Positions 20,122 to 29,327 of a stretch of DNA of 64,000 nt are shown one piece after another (position 1 is the first letter of the stretch; each line of letters begins with the position of its first letter). The stretch comes from Patescibacteria group bacterium (GTDB taxonomy: Bacteria; Patescibacteriota; WWE3; UBA101185; 2-01-FULL-41-18): the NCBI GenBank assembly GCA_038064575.1, contig JBBTST010000003.1:6751-70750 (forward strand), in the 5' to 3' direction. The notes beneath the pieces are model-generated. The model had not been told where the DNA came from. It was given only the letters and a program-made list of their open reading frames with translations, and ran no database searches. Position numbers and translations under genes: made by a program.

Positions 20122-21543
20122 TTAAGGTTCAATGATTTTAAGTGTTGCTGTTGCTGTCCAAGATTGTTTTGCGGAACCTAAGGCAGAGGCATTAATGGGA
20201 TTGAAATATTCGTAAAAACCCCCATTAATATCAAGAGAGTTTATTATAAGACTTAGGCTATCCTCCCTAATTAACTTTGAGGCATCTTTAAACCCATAGT
20301 GATCAAGCCCATCTGAAATTAGCTCATTTGTGATTATCCATATGGGACCTCTCCAATATCTATTAGGCTCAAAGGCAGGACCCTCACTTGGAAAGGTGCT
20401 TGGAATAATGTGCTTAATTCTTGAATCTTTTCTCAAAAGAGCTATCTTGCCCTCAATTGCTAAAGCTTTTTCTCTAGAAATTTCCCTGCTAAACACTGGA
20501 GCTAAACCTGACACCGTTTCAACTTCAATCAAAGTCCCATCAAACAAGTCCTTTGTTAAATACATCCCATGTTTTTCAGACCAAAGATTATCAAGACCTT
20601 TTTTTGTGACGTTAAGCCATTGCTTTAACTTTCCTAAAAGCACACCATCAGTTAGTCCCAGTAAATTGTAAAGTTCAAGAAGAGAACTATTTGACCTTAA
20701 AAGGATTGCGTTTGTCATAGGGTCAAGAACTCTAAAGGGCGATTTTTTAAGGATTGTTTTCTCATCCCAACCCCAGATTCCATATAGATAAATTAACAAA
20801 AGGTAAATATCATAATGCGGGTCAACCGGTCTCTGGCTGGGAGCAATTATTTTTGTATCAACTCTTTCATATTTTATTTCAATTTTTCTAAGCCAGTTTT
20901 CCATTAACTCGGTGAGACTTCCCAGCGTAGCACTATCAACTCTTATCCGGTCATAAAGTCTATCCCACTTTGGAGAGTTGTCATCTCCCGCTTCCCAAGG
21001 GTGGATTGTAACCACACAACCTTCAAACACACGGTTGGCATAGATATAGTTATGATAGTTGAAAACCTTGTAGAAAAATTCCGTGAAAAGGTTCTTGGTA
21101 GCATCTGTGAAAGAAAGCTTTTTTGCCAACTCCAAAAGACCATAACCCATGTTTGGCGGTTGTGTAATTCTTGAAATTATTTCTCCGCTTTCCGGTAGAG
21201 AGCCGGTTTTGTAATATATTTCCGGGGGGGGGAAATACTCCTTCTTTTTTAGTATGTCTCTGTTGTATCTTATGTGTCCGCAAAAACCGTTTGCCTGTTG
21301 GGCATTCAAAAACTTTTGCACGTCCTTTAATGATTGATCTGTATTTAAATTCCAGGCAGCTATAAAAAAAGTGTCCCACAACCATTGAAAAGGGTATAAA
21401 AATCTCTCCTCATTTTCTCCATTTAGTTTCATTTTACCGGAGGCTGCGGTATAGCCACTATCCTCAAAGCCGGTCAAAACATTTTCTTTGAGAGTCCTTT
21501 GTGCTAACTCCTTTAGTTGTTGAAGTGCATCTTTATTAGGCAT
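20122..21543 (-). CDS. (alpha/alpha)6-barrel glycoside hydrolase-like protein (GH63/GH37/GDE-like)
   Basis: 473 aa. Aromatic-rich motifs (YPFQWLWDTFF, WEAGDDNSPKWD) resemble six-hairpin glycosidases. Contains a 9-nt G/C homopolymer. Confidence 0.4.
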   Translation of the reverse strand: MPNKDALQQLKELAQRTLKENVLTGFEDSGYTAASGKMKLNGENEERFLYPFQWLWDTFFIAAWNLNTDQSLKDVQKFLNAQQANGFCGHIRYNRDILKKKEYFPPPEIYYKTGSLPESGEIISRITQPPNMGYGLLELAKKLSFTDATKNLFTEFFYKVFNYHNYIYANRVFEGCVVTIHPWEAGDDNSPKWDRLYDRIRVDSATLGSLTELMENWLRKIEIKYERVDTKIIAPSQRPVDPHYDIYLLLIYLYGIWGWDEKTILKKSPFRVLDPMTNAILLRSNSSLLELYNLLGLTDGVLLGKLKQWLNVTKKGLDNLWSEKHGMYLTKDLFDGTLIEVETVSGLAPVFSREISREKALAIEGKIALLRKDSRIKHIIPSTFPSEGPAFEPNRYWRGPIWIITNELISDGLDHYGFKDASKLIREDSLSLIINSLDINGGFYEYFNPINASALGSAKQSWTATATLKIIEP

Positions 21544-21636
21544 CTTTGCAATATATATGTTACATGGTAGCTCTTTTGATAAATGAAAGGGAAGAGGGTT
21601 TTTGGTTTTGGGTAGTTTTAACCTATAATAAAGTTA

Positions 21637-22530
21637 TTGGAGGTGTATATGTTACGTGTAGGCAAGCAAAATTCTTTAACCTATTCTCAAAACTTTCTTA
21701 AAAGCTCCAGGCTTGTTAAACATCTTTTGCAGGAGTCGGGAATTTTGCCAACCGATCTGGTAGTAGAAATAGGCGCAGGACATGGAGAAATTACACTGGA
21801 ACTGGCAAAGGTAGCCGGGAGGGTTATTGCCTATGAACCCGACCCCACCCTTTACACTTTTTTAAAAAAGGAACTTCAAAAGGATTCTAATGTAACTCTT
21901 ATACCAAAAGACTTCCTGAAAGCAAACCTTCCGGATAAGGAATATAAAGTTTTTGCAAATATTCCCTTTTCCAAGAGCGCTCAGATTATTGATAAGCTAA
22001 CCAATACAAAAAATCCGCCCGTTAGCTCCCACTTAATAATACAGCGTGAGGCGGCATACAAACTGTTGGGGCTACCAAAAGAAACCCAAGTATCCCTTCT
22101 TCTTAAGAACTTATTTGCTATGAAAATTAACTACGCTTTTAACTCCTCAGATTTTGAGCCTTCCCCCAAAGTAACAGCAGTAATGCTTGAGATTATTAAA
22201 AAGCACACGCCTGATGTTGAAGACAACAATACTTATCAGGATTTTATTTCTTTTGTTAAAAGCAGAGAAAACCCATCCCTTTCCAAAACATTAAGGACCG
22301 TTTTTACCAACATGCAAACCAAACTTATTGAAAAAGAGCTGAAGGGCATTACTAAAACCTCACAACTAAGTTATTCCCAATGGTTGTTTTTATTTAAAAC
22401 TTTTGAGCGTTATGAAGACGGTAAGCACAGCAGACAAATTAAAGGCTACTTTGGTAAATCAAAGCTTCAACAGGAGCATATTAAAAAGATTCACCGGACA
22501 AGGCTTGATAGTAATTGGTTTAGAGGCTGA
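21637..22530 (+). CDS. rRNA adenine N-6-methyltransferase, Erm/KsgA family
   Basis: N-terminal QNFL motif, SAM-binding VVEIGAGHGEITLEL, and catalytic motif IV variant NIPF. Confidence 0.7.
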   Translation: MEVYMLRVGKQNSLTYSQNFLKSSRLVKHLLQESGILPTDLVVEIGAGHGEITLELAKVAGRVIAYEPDPTLYTFLKKELQKDSNVTLIPKDFLKANLPDKEYKVFANIPFSKSAQIIDKLTNTKNPPVSSHLIIQREAAYKLLGLPKETQVSLLLKNLFAMKINYAFNSSDFEPSPKVTAVMLEIIKKHTPDVEDNNTYQDFISFVKSRENPSLSKTLRTVFTNMQTKLIEKELKGITKTSQLSYSQWLFLFKTFERYEDGKHSRQIKGYFGKSKLQQEHIKKIHRTRLDSNWFRG

Positions 22531-22622
22531 TAGAATGTGCGACTTTAGTTTCATATAGAAACAGGCAAGTCGCCAACCTTTGGGTGGATCTACTTATGGA
22601 ACCAGTAAAGGTCACTCTGGCA

Positions 22623-22892
22623 TTAATACTTTCTGAATAGCCAGATGAATAGAACCCCCAGACCCCATCCAAAAAGCATCACTCTCAAAAACAGCGCGAG
22701 AGCGAACAAGGTAGATCCTTCGTCGGGACTTGTTAAGTACACAATGGGTCCGAGTAGGATCCAGAGAACCAACAGTGGTTTTACCCACTTTAGCAAGCGC
22801 TCTCTCCTCAACCGATAACCCATGAGGTTTGCCATGCCCAAACCTACAACCAGCAAGATAGCTGGTAGAAAATCTTCCATCTTAACCTCCAA
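22623..22892 (-). CDS. small hydrophobic membrane protein (89 aa)
   Basis: Two or three TM helices. Locally higher GC than surroundings. Confidence 0.3.
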   Translation of the reverse strand: MEVKMEDFLPAILLVVGLGMANLMGYRLRRERLLKWVKPLLVLWILLGPIVYLTSPDEGSTLFALALFLRVMLFGWGLGVLFIWLFRKY

Positions 22893-22944
22893 CTTGTTGG
22901 TCTTGCCCCAAGTATTCCGGGTTCAACCAAACTCAACTGCCCTG

Positions 22945-23184
22945 CTAAGCGCTTTTCCACAAAGAAATTATGAGAAGTGCCAGCAGTAAAAAACCAAGCA
23001 CAGTGAGATATATCATCACCAGGGGGTTACCCATCAAAGCCTGCTGAACCAGCATGAGGAGTAAACCCAAAAGCGTGACTACTATAATCAGGCTCCCAAT
23101 GATTATTGTCAAAACTACCGGAATAAGCAGAACAAAGATCAAGCCCTGCACTAACCGGACTAAAGATGAGCTAATCTTGCCCAT
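22945..23184 (-). CDS. small hydrophobic membrane protein (79 aa)
   Basis: Two TM helices. Locally higher GC. Confidence 0.3.
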   Translation of the reverse strand: MGKISSSLVRLVQGLIFVLLIPVVLTIIIGSLIIVVTLLGLLLMLVQQALMGNPLVMIYLTVLGFLLLALLIISLWKSA

Positions 23185-23265
23185 TTATGCCTCCTAAGGA
23201 TAGTTATCCGAGTTTTCGTTATCTTATCAAAAAATATGAGAATTATCAATGCTATGGGATATATG

Positions 23266-23341
23266 TGGTGTGCCCGGAGGGACTTGAACCCCCGACTTTA
23301 GCGTCCGCAACGCTACGTTCTATCCGCTGAACTACGGGCAC
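23266..23341 (-). tRNA. tRNA-Arg (anticodon GCG as read)
   Basis: 76-nt cloverleaf with acceptor stem GTGCCCG/CGGGCAC, anticodon stem TAGCG/CGCTA, loop UUGCGGA, T-loop TTCAAGT, and encoded CCA. Confidence 0.75.
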
Positions 23342-23427
23342 AAACAAGCAAAAGCCAGGCAAATAACAATCAAGGTTTTCAGATGAAGTTTAACACAGAA
23401 GACTTATAAAATTCCTTTGCGGAGAGC

Positions 23428-24012
23428 TCACTCCAACGAAAGCTTAGAGGAAACTTTCTTGTACACTTTTTCTAGCATGGTTTCAGGTGGGGTTTCTCTC
23501 ATGGAGATGTTCTGGGACAAGATGTCCTTTATCTGATCGTAAGATACGCCGTCTAAGATCAACATCATTCTGCCTGGATAAGGCTCTTTTGTATCTATGT
23601 TAAGTATGTCAAAACCCGCATCCTTAGTGAAAAAGAAAAATTTGAAGTCATCCCAATAATACTGGCTCCCAAGGTAAAAAAGCCCGTAATTGTCTATCTC
23701 ATGTTTTACTTTTTCAGGGGGCACATTTGTTAAAACGTAGTACAAAACGCCAAGACTAAAAATGACTACAGCCAAAAGCGGAAGTCCAGCAAGCACCAAA
23801 ATAAGCGAGACTACAATAATCAAAGACCAAAGTCTTTTATAAAAAACAGGCGTTCTGGGCACAAAAGGCCTTAAAGGGGAAGACCAGGACAAAACAATAC
23901 TTCTAGAGGGCGGGACGGTCTTTCTGTCAAGAGCACGCCTGGAAGATTCCTTAACCGGAATATCTCTTGAGGGGGGGATAAAAGCGTTCAAAGTTGTTTT
24001 TAGTATATCCAT
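23428..24012 (-). CDS. membrane protein, hypothetical
   Basis: The track start 24075 overlaps the tRNA-Ser gene, so the internal Met (MDILKTT…) was taken. Two central TM helices. Confidence 0.4.
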   Translation of the reverse strand: MDILKTTLNAFIPPSRDIPVKESSRRALDRKTVPPSRSIVLSWSSPLRPFVPRTPVFYKRLWSLIIVVSLILVLAGLPLLAVVIFSLGVLYYVLTNVPPEKVKHEIDNYGLFYLGSQYYWDDFKFFFFTKDAGFDILNIDTKEPYPGRMMLILDGVSYDQIKDILSQNISMRETPPETMLEKVYKKVSSKLSLE

Positions 24013-24027
24013 AAATCTTAAACTCCT

Positions 24028-24115
24028 TGGCGGAGGGTACAGGATTCGAACCTGTGGCCGCATAAAATACGGCACGGCTTAGCAAGCCGTTGCATTACCG
24101 CTCTGCCAACCCTCC
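24028..24115 (-). tRNA. tRNA-Ser (anticodon GCU)
   Basis: Cloverleaf with acceptor stem GGAGGGT, anticodon stem ACGGC/GCCGT, loop UUGCUAA, long variable arm, T-arm GGTTCGAATCC, and encoded CCA. Confidence 0.85.
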
Positions 24116-24178
24116 ACAGAAAATTTGAATCCAGGACCTCCTACTTACTAAAATACAACAAACTAGAAAGTTTTGCAC

Positions 24179-24895
24179 CTATTTATTGTAAATAAAGTCA
24201 GAGGCTCTGGCCAAACTGAAGCACATAACAAATCGGGCCCCTGCAGCCTTCAATACCTTGGCACATTCTATAAAAGTTGCCCCGCTTGTGCAAAGATCAT
24301 CAACAAGGATAACATCTTGCCCTTTAAGCTTTGCTAAAAACGCTGAGGGCACTTCAAAGGCCCCACCAACATTGGCAAATCTGGCAGCTTTAGAAAGCTC
24401 CGATTGATACAAAGTTTTCTTTTTCCTAACAAGGAAGGGACAAAACTTATGCTCTGAAAGTGCTTTGGCTATAACATCAGCCGGGTTAAATCCTCTGGCA
24501 TGCAAGCGATCCTTGCTAGAAGGAACAGGGACAATCAGCGCATCTTGAGTGACAGCATTTTTTAAAAAACTACAAGCTGTTAAATCCAAAGCTATCTTTG
24601 TTAAAAGCTCAAGATTATAAAAGCTCATTTGCCCAAACTTTGAGGAAACAATTAACTTTTTAATTACGCCCTCATATAAAAAAGGGGAAAGCAGCTTTTC
24701 CGGAGTGAAAAAGGTCAAACAGCCAACATGAGTAAAACCGTTTTGACAAAAAGTATTACAAATCACACACCTTGGATGAAAATTAAAAGGCGCACTTTTA
24801 ATACAAACAGAACACAAAATGGTCCCCAGGCGCCCGCATGTCAAACACTTTGGAGGATATATAACATCAAGAAGAGTTGTAAACAGTTTATCCAC
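24179..24895 (-). CDS. comFC: ComF family protein (competence, phosphoribosyltransferase fold)
   Basis: N-terminal double zinc ribbon (CLTCG…CSVC…CVIC). C-terminal PRT motif VILVDDLCTSGAT. Confidence 0.75.
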   Translation of the reverse strand: MDKLFTTLLDVIYPPKCLTCGRLGTILCSVCIKSAPFNFHPRCVICNTFCQNGFTHVGCLTFFTPEKLLSPFLYEGVIKKLIVSSKFGQMSFYNLELLTKIALDLTACSFLKNAVTQDALIVPVPSSKDRLHARGFNPADVIAKALSEHKFCPFLVRKKKTLYQSELSKAARFANVGGAFEVPSAFLAKLKGQDVILVDDLCTSGATFIECAKVLKAAGARFVMCFSLARASDFIYNK

Positions 24896-25032
24896 AAACT
24901 TTGGGAGGTTGTCCTAGCGGCTTTAAGCTAACACATATCCTATAATAGCGGCATCATTAAATCTTATAGTATTATACTGTTTTTTAAAACTTTTTAAAGA
25001 CTCAAAATCTATTAAATGTTAGAATTTGCCTT

Positions 25033-25725
25033 ATGGATCAGAAGAAAGGCGCTTTTTTAGACATAGATCAAACTCTCTACAACGGTTATCTTTTTTACGA
25101 ATGGGCTAAGCAGCTTGAATCTCAGGACGTATTTTCTGTCCTTGATATTGTCAAAATGGATGAGCCTCTCATTCTTTATAAGATTGGGCATTACTCCTAC
25201 ATTGAAGCTGCAACCAAAGTGTCCGAGTGCATTGCAGACATGTTAGTTGGCAAAGAGGTTGATGAGGTTATTGCTGCCACCCAAAGTTTCACACAAAAGA
25301 TTGGCAACAAGTTTTATGAATATGCAAAACCTCTTACTGAAAAGCTTAAAGACAGCGGGTTTTTAATAGTGCTTGTTACAAATGAGCCCGACTTTCTTGC
25401 TGAAATGATCAAAGACATCCTTGGCGCACATGATGCACTAGGACTTGACTTCACAATTAAGAGAAATAAATTTGCCGGTCCGGCTATAAATGATCTGGCA
25501 ACAGAACACGCAAAAGAGGCTATAGTTAGAAAATATGCTCAAGATTCTGGGATAGATCTAAATGTATCGCTTGCAATGGGGGATGCTGAATCAGACGTAG
25601 AAATGCTAAAAGCCTGCGGAAAGGGCTTTTTGATCAATACTTCTGCCAAAATGCAAAAACACACTGAGGGAACCAATATAATTTCAATAAGTAGGGAAGA
25701 AGTTCTTAGTAAAGTTTTTTGTTAA
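25033..25725 (+). CDS. HAD-superfamily hydrolase, subfamily IB-like
   Basis: Motif I DIDQT (DxDxT) near the N-terminus. Motif IV GDAESD. Confidence 0.6.
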   Translation: MDQKKGAFLDIDQTLYNGYLFYEWAKQLESQDVFSVLDIVKMDEPLILYKIGHYSYIEAATKVSECIADMLVGKEVDEVIAATQSFTQKIGNKFYEYAKPLTEKLKDSGFLIVLVTNEPDFLAEMIKDILGAHDALGLDFTIKRNKFAGPAINDLATEHAKEAIVRKYAQDSGIDLNVSLAMGDAESDVEMLKACGKGFLINTSAKMQKHTEGTNIISISREEVLSKVFC

Positions 25726-25738
25726 GTTTCATTTTTTT

Positions 25739-26908
25739 ATGAAAATTTTAACTTGTATTGCTGTGGGAACTCTTCTTACTTTAAACCTGGTAACTTTCTT
25801 ATTTCTCCTGGACCTAGTTCCTCAAAAAAATCTCTCAAATATATACAAACCAAAGGAGGTTTTGGATTTCAGCGCCTTTTATACGGCGGCACACATAATC
25901 AACTCGGGAGAGGTTGGGAATTTGTACAACCAGGAGCTGCAACTTAAAGTTCAGAATGAAAAAATTCCCCCACCCACAAGGTCTACTCCCCTGACATTTA
26001 GAAACCCGCCCATTGTTGGTTATTTGTTTCTGCCTTTCTCGGTTCTAGACTACTCTTCCTCTTACAAGCTTTTTCTTCTGATGAATCTTCTAATTATATG
26101 TTTTGCACTTGTTATAACCTGCAAGACTTTTGAAATAAAGAATAGTGTAGCTTTAGTTGTTGGTGGGGCTTTTTATCCTTTATTTGCAACTCTCTACTGG
26201 GGACAGATTTCCTCGCTAGTTTTTTTAGGCATTTCTTTAAGCTTTTACTTTTATAAGAAAAAGCTGTTTTTGTTTAGCGGCGTATTTGCCAGCCTTGTTT
26301 TTGTAAAACCGCAATTTCTTTTGTTTTTGCCCCTTGTTTACTTTGGGCTAAAGGCAGGAGAACAAAGAAAACTTTTTTTCCTTGGAGCATTTGGAGCTCT
26401 TTTGGTTGTTGCCCTAACAAGCGTTTTGCTTCTGGGAAGCGATGGCGTGTGGGCGTATCCAAAGTTTGTGACTTCAACTGAAAGGCTTACTGCCGGAACT
26501 GATACCACTTTTTTGTATACAATTTCCGGAGCCTTTTACAAATTCTTTGGAAGAGAAAGAGGTTTTATACCCGGACTTATAACTTCTGCTGCTGTTTACT
26601 CAATCTCACTTCTTAAACTTGCAAAGAAATCATTCAAGCAGGATCTACTCAACCCAAAAATAATTCTCATAATTGTCCTCACAACACTCCTTACTTCAAT
26701 GCATGCTCTTATAGCGGACTATTTAAGCCTCATTATCCCAATACTTCTATTCCTTAAAAAACCCAAGTGGGTGGCACTTTTCTTATTTGTGTTCTCTTCC
26801 ATTTTAGCGGATAGTTTTGTTTTTATAGGCTCACTTATGCTTACGGCACTTCTTATTAGGGAAACTTTAGAAAGACCTCTTAGAGTTGGGAAGGCGCCGC
26901 TTCACTAA
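25739..26908 (+). CDS. polytopic membrane protein (possible polyprenol-dependent glycosyltransferase, DUF2029/GT87-like)
   Basis: About 10 predicted TM helices. Overlaps the PIG-L gene convergently by 29 nt. Confidence 0.4.
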   Translation: MKILTCIAVGTLLTLNLVTFLFLLDLVPQKNLSNIYKPKEVLDFSAFYTAAHIINSGEVGNLYNQELQLKVQNEKIPPPTRSTPLTFRNPPIVGYLFLPFSVLDYSSSYKLFLLMNLLIICFALVITCKTFEIKNSVALVVGGAFYPLFATLYWGQISSLVFLGISLSFYFYKKKLFLFSGVFASLVFVKPQFLLFLPLVYFGLKAGEQRKLFFLGAFGALLVVALTSVLLLGSDGVWAYPKFVTSTERLTAGTDTTFLYTISGAFYKFFGRERGFIPGLITSAAVYSISLLKLAKKSFKQDLLNPKIILIIVLTTLLTSMHALIADYLSLIIPILLFLKKPKWVALFLFVFSSILADSFVFIGSLMLTALLIRETLERPLRVGKAPLH

Positions 26909-27626
26909 AATACTCGTTTGCACCCATCAAAAGTACATAAAACCCCAAGGGAATAAATTTATGAGGAAAGGCGCTTCTAAAAGAGTAAAGTTGGCTTTTG
27001 TGTGCATAAAGAGCTCTAATTTTATTAAGGGTGTGTTTTCCTACAAATATTTTGTGTGTTGGAGTACTTCTTCTCTCCTTAAACTTTGCGTCTTTTGCCA
27101 TGTGCTCAGGAAGTTTGATACTTTTTAATTTCTCAGGCGGGAAACTTAAGTACCAAAGTTTAGTTTTTGTGGATTTTGAGGCTATAAGAGTTGTGATGAT
27201 TTGTGAGACTGCTATATGGTCTTCATGACCGTAGAGACCGGAGAGATCATAAGTTACAACTAAGTCAGGGTTTTCTGCTGTGAGAAGCGTTGAAAGATAG
27301 TTGTTAAGCGCTTCCTTTTTTACATTAAGTTCCCCATCACCAAAATCCTCCTGGATTAGCATTGAAGCCCCAAGGATTTTTGCGGATTTTTGCATTTCTT
27401 TTACTCTTATGTTTGCAAGAACTTCATCTTTTCCTCCCAAAGGACCGCCTGCCTCTCCCTTTGTAAGAACGCAAAGAGCAACTTGACAGCTGCTAGCTGA
27501 AAGGGCACCAATTAGGCCCCCGCAACCAAGAATTTCATCATCAGGATGAGGAAAGATAAACAGCGCTTTTTCAAAGTTTGGAACTTTTATGGTTGGGACT
27601 AAAGACTCAGCAAAAAACATCTTCAA
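26880..27626 (-). CDS. PIG-L/LmbE family N-acetylglucosaminyl deacetylase
   Basis: Signature PHPDDE (FIFPHPDDEILGCGG) and a second motif HxxH (GHEDH). Confidence 0.75.
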   Translation of the reverse strand: MKMFFAESLVPTIKVPNFEKALFIFPHPDDEILGCGGLIGALSASSCQVALCVLTKGEAGGPLGGKDEVLANIRVKEMQKSAKILGASMLIQEDFGDGELNVKKEALNNYLSTLLTAENPDLVVTYDLSGLYGHEDHIAVSQIITTLIASKSTKTKLWYLSFPPEKLKSIKLPEHMAKDAKFKERRSTPTHKIFVGKHTLNKIRALYAHKSQLYSFRSAFPHKFIPLGFYVLLMGANEYFSEAAPSQL

Positions 27627-27725
27627 AGTATAGTATAAAAAAACTCTTTCTTGTCATTACTTTTGTGAAATGCATCAAAATTCTCTTTGTGTTAGATTTG
27701 CCACACAGGAGAGAAAGGAATAGAG

Positions 27726-28100
27726 ATGAGAAAAGTTTCTTTGTACAGAAGAAGTGTGTCTTGGCCACTTCGTAACTTAATTGAAAGCTTTGACTTTGGA
27801 GCCCCTATGAGAGGAGATAAGGGATGGCTGGACCCGGCCACAAGCCCTCTTATTCTTATCCCCTGCATTGTTTTGGGAATCCTTTTGGGCCTTGGGGCAA
27901 ATTTAATCGGAAGGGGTGGGATCACTATGACAGGGGTCGTAACAGTATCTCTTCTGATCTACCTCTTTGGTTATGTAATAGACGGCCTTCTGGCCGGAGC
28001 AAGCCCAATGCCAACTAACACCAAATTTCCCTTGCTATCCCTTCTTTGCGGAACGCTGTTGGGTTTGGCATGGTTGGCTTACAAAATCTTAACTGCTTAA
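27726..28100 (+). CDS. small membrane protein (124 aa)
   Basis: Three hydrophobic helices. Start uncertain. Confidence 0.3.
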   Translation: MRKVSLYRRSVSWPLRNLIESFDFGAPMRGDKGWLDPATSPLILIPCIVLGILLGLGANLIGRGGITMTGVVTVSLLIYLFGYVIDGLLAGASPMPTNTKFPLLSLLCGTLLGLAWLAYKILTA

Positions 28101-28258
28101 TAGTTGGGGTGTTCCTCCTGGCACCCCACTTTCAATCTTGTATAAAATGTATAAAAATTCCCGGAGTTCTATATTGGGTCAATTGCTTGTGGAGTTCCAT
28201 TGGGACAAACCACCTGGTGGCAATCTCAAAGAGTCTGAATGAATCCTCAAACGGTTGT

Positions 28259-28295
28259 ATTCGGAAAACATGAATACAACCGTTTTGTGTAAATT
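28259..28295. repeat. perfect 14-bp inverted repeat hairpin (AAACGGTTGTATTC…GAATACAACCGTTT)
   Basis: Seen directly in the intergenic region. 9-nt loop. Weak T-run on the plus side. Confidence 0.4.
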
Positions 28296-28336
28296 TTCCA
28301 AATTTAGGATTTGCTTCTCCTAAACTAAATGTCCAT

Positions 28337-28609
28337 TTAGTTCACAGCTTCTATGCGCTTTATCCGACCGGTAAGAAACATCTCCCCACTTGGTTTTTTT
28401 AAAAGCATTGGATAGCTTGGCAGTAATTCGTCATGAACCACCCACGCTCTACGACCATCCTCATCTCCGCTTCCCAATAATACGCATCTGCTAAACAAGA
28501 GTTTATCCCCTTCCTTAATAATGGTCCGCCACCCTTCCTCATCTGCCTCTCCCAACAGGTAAACAGATCCTGAGACCGTTGTAACTTTCAATGGTTTACT
28601 TTGATCCAC
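28337..28609 (-). CDS. hypothetical protein (90 aa)
   Basis: ORF only. Confidence 0.3.
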   Translation of the reverse strand: MDQSKPLKVTTVSGSVYLLGEADEEGWRTIIKEGDKLLFSRCVLLGSGDEDGRRAWVVHDELLPSYPMLLKKPSGEMFLTGRIKRIEAVN

Positions 28610-28786
28610 TAGAACCTCCTAAGGGTTTGTTTTGTTATAACCCCCATTTTAGCGATTTTTCACTTTAAAGCAAAAAGAATAATACTGATCAACAAAACCA
28701 GATATTGGAATTATCCTCATGAAACCTGTCTAGGACGCGATAGATGCCGTACACCTGATTTGAGAGGTGTATGAAAGGAAACGGCA

Positions 28787-29122
28787 ATGAAGATACAAAT
28801 GAGGCAGCTAGGTATAGCTTTAGTTTTTGAGTTACCTAAAAGCTTCCGCTATTTTGTTGAACATGAGGTAAGAACCAGTGACTCTATTGTTTGGCTTGTA
28901 GGTGGCGAAGCCACAACAGGGCTTGATGTCCACCACCAACCGGATAAGCCAACCCAACCCGAAGTTTCCCACGGGATCTGGGAAGATGGTAATACGCCTC
29001 ATAAAATCGTGGTAGACGGGGAGGAACTTAGGTTCTCAAGTTCCTTGCCCATAAACCCCGGAAGTGTAATAACACTTCATTTAGCTGATCAGGAAATCGA
29101 GTTCCAGGTCGAGGCAATGTAA
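28787..29122 (+). CDS. hypothetical protein (111 aa)
   Basis: ORF with moderately elevated GC. No motif recognised. Confidence 0.3.
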   Translation: MKIQMRQLGIALVFELPKSFRYFVEHEVRTSDSIVWLVGGEATTGLDVHHQPDKPTQPEVSHGIWEDGNTPHKIVVDGEELRFSSSLPINPGSVITLHLADQEIEFQVEAM

Positions 29123-29327
29123 CGGACAACTAGCTTCGGTTTCTTCAAAAAAAGAGCCGAAGCACGTTTTTTTATGGGGTAAAGAGCAGTACAACAGTTT
29201 TTTCCCCACCAAAAACTCCAAATGAACGAGTATTTCTTGCTTTAAAACTCTTACAACCTCTGTTTGACACTAGATTTCACCTTGGTATCATTACCTAAAA
29301 TCTTAATTTAGATAAGGAGAAATACCA

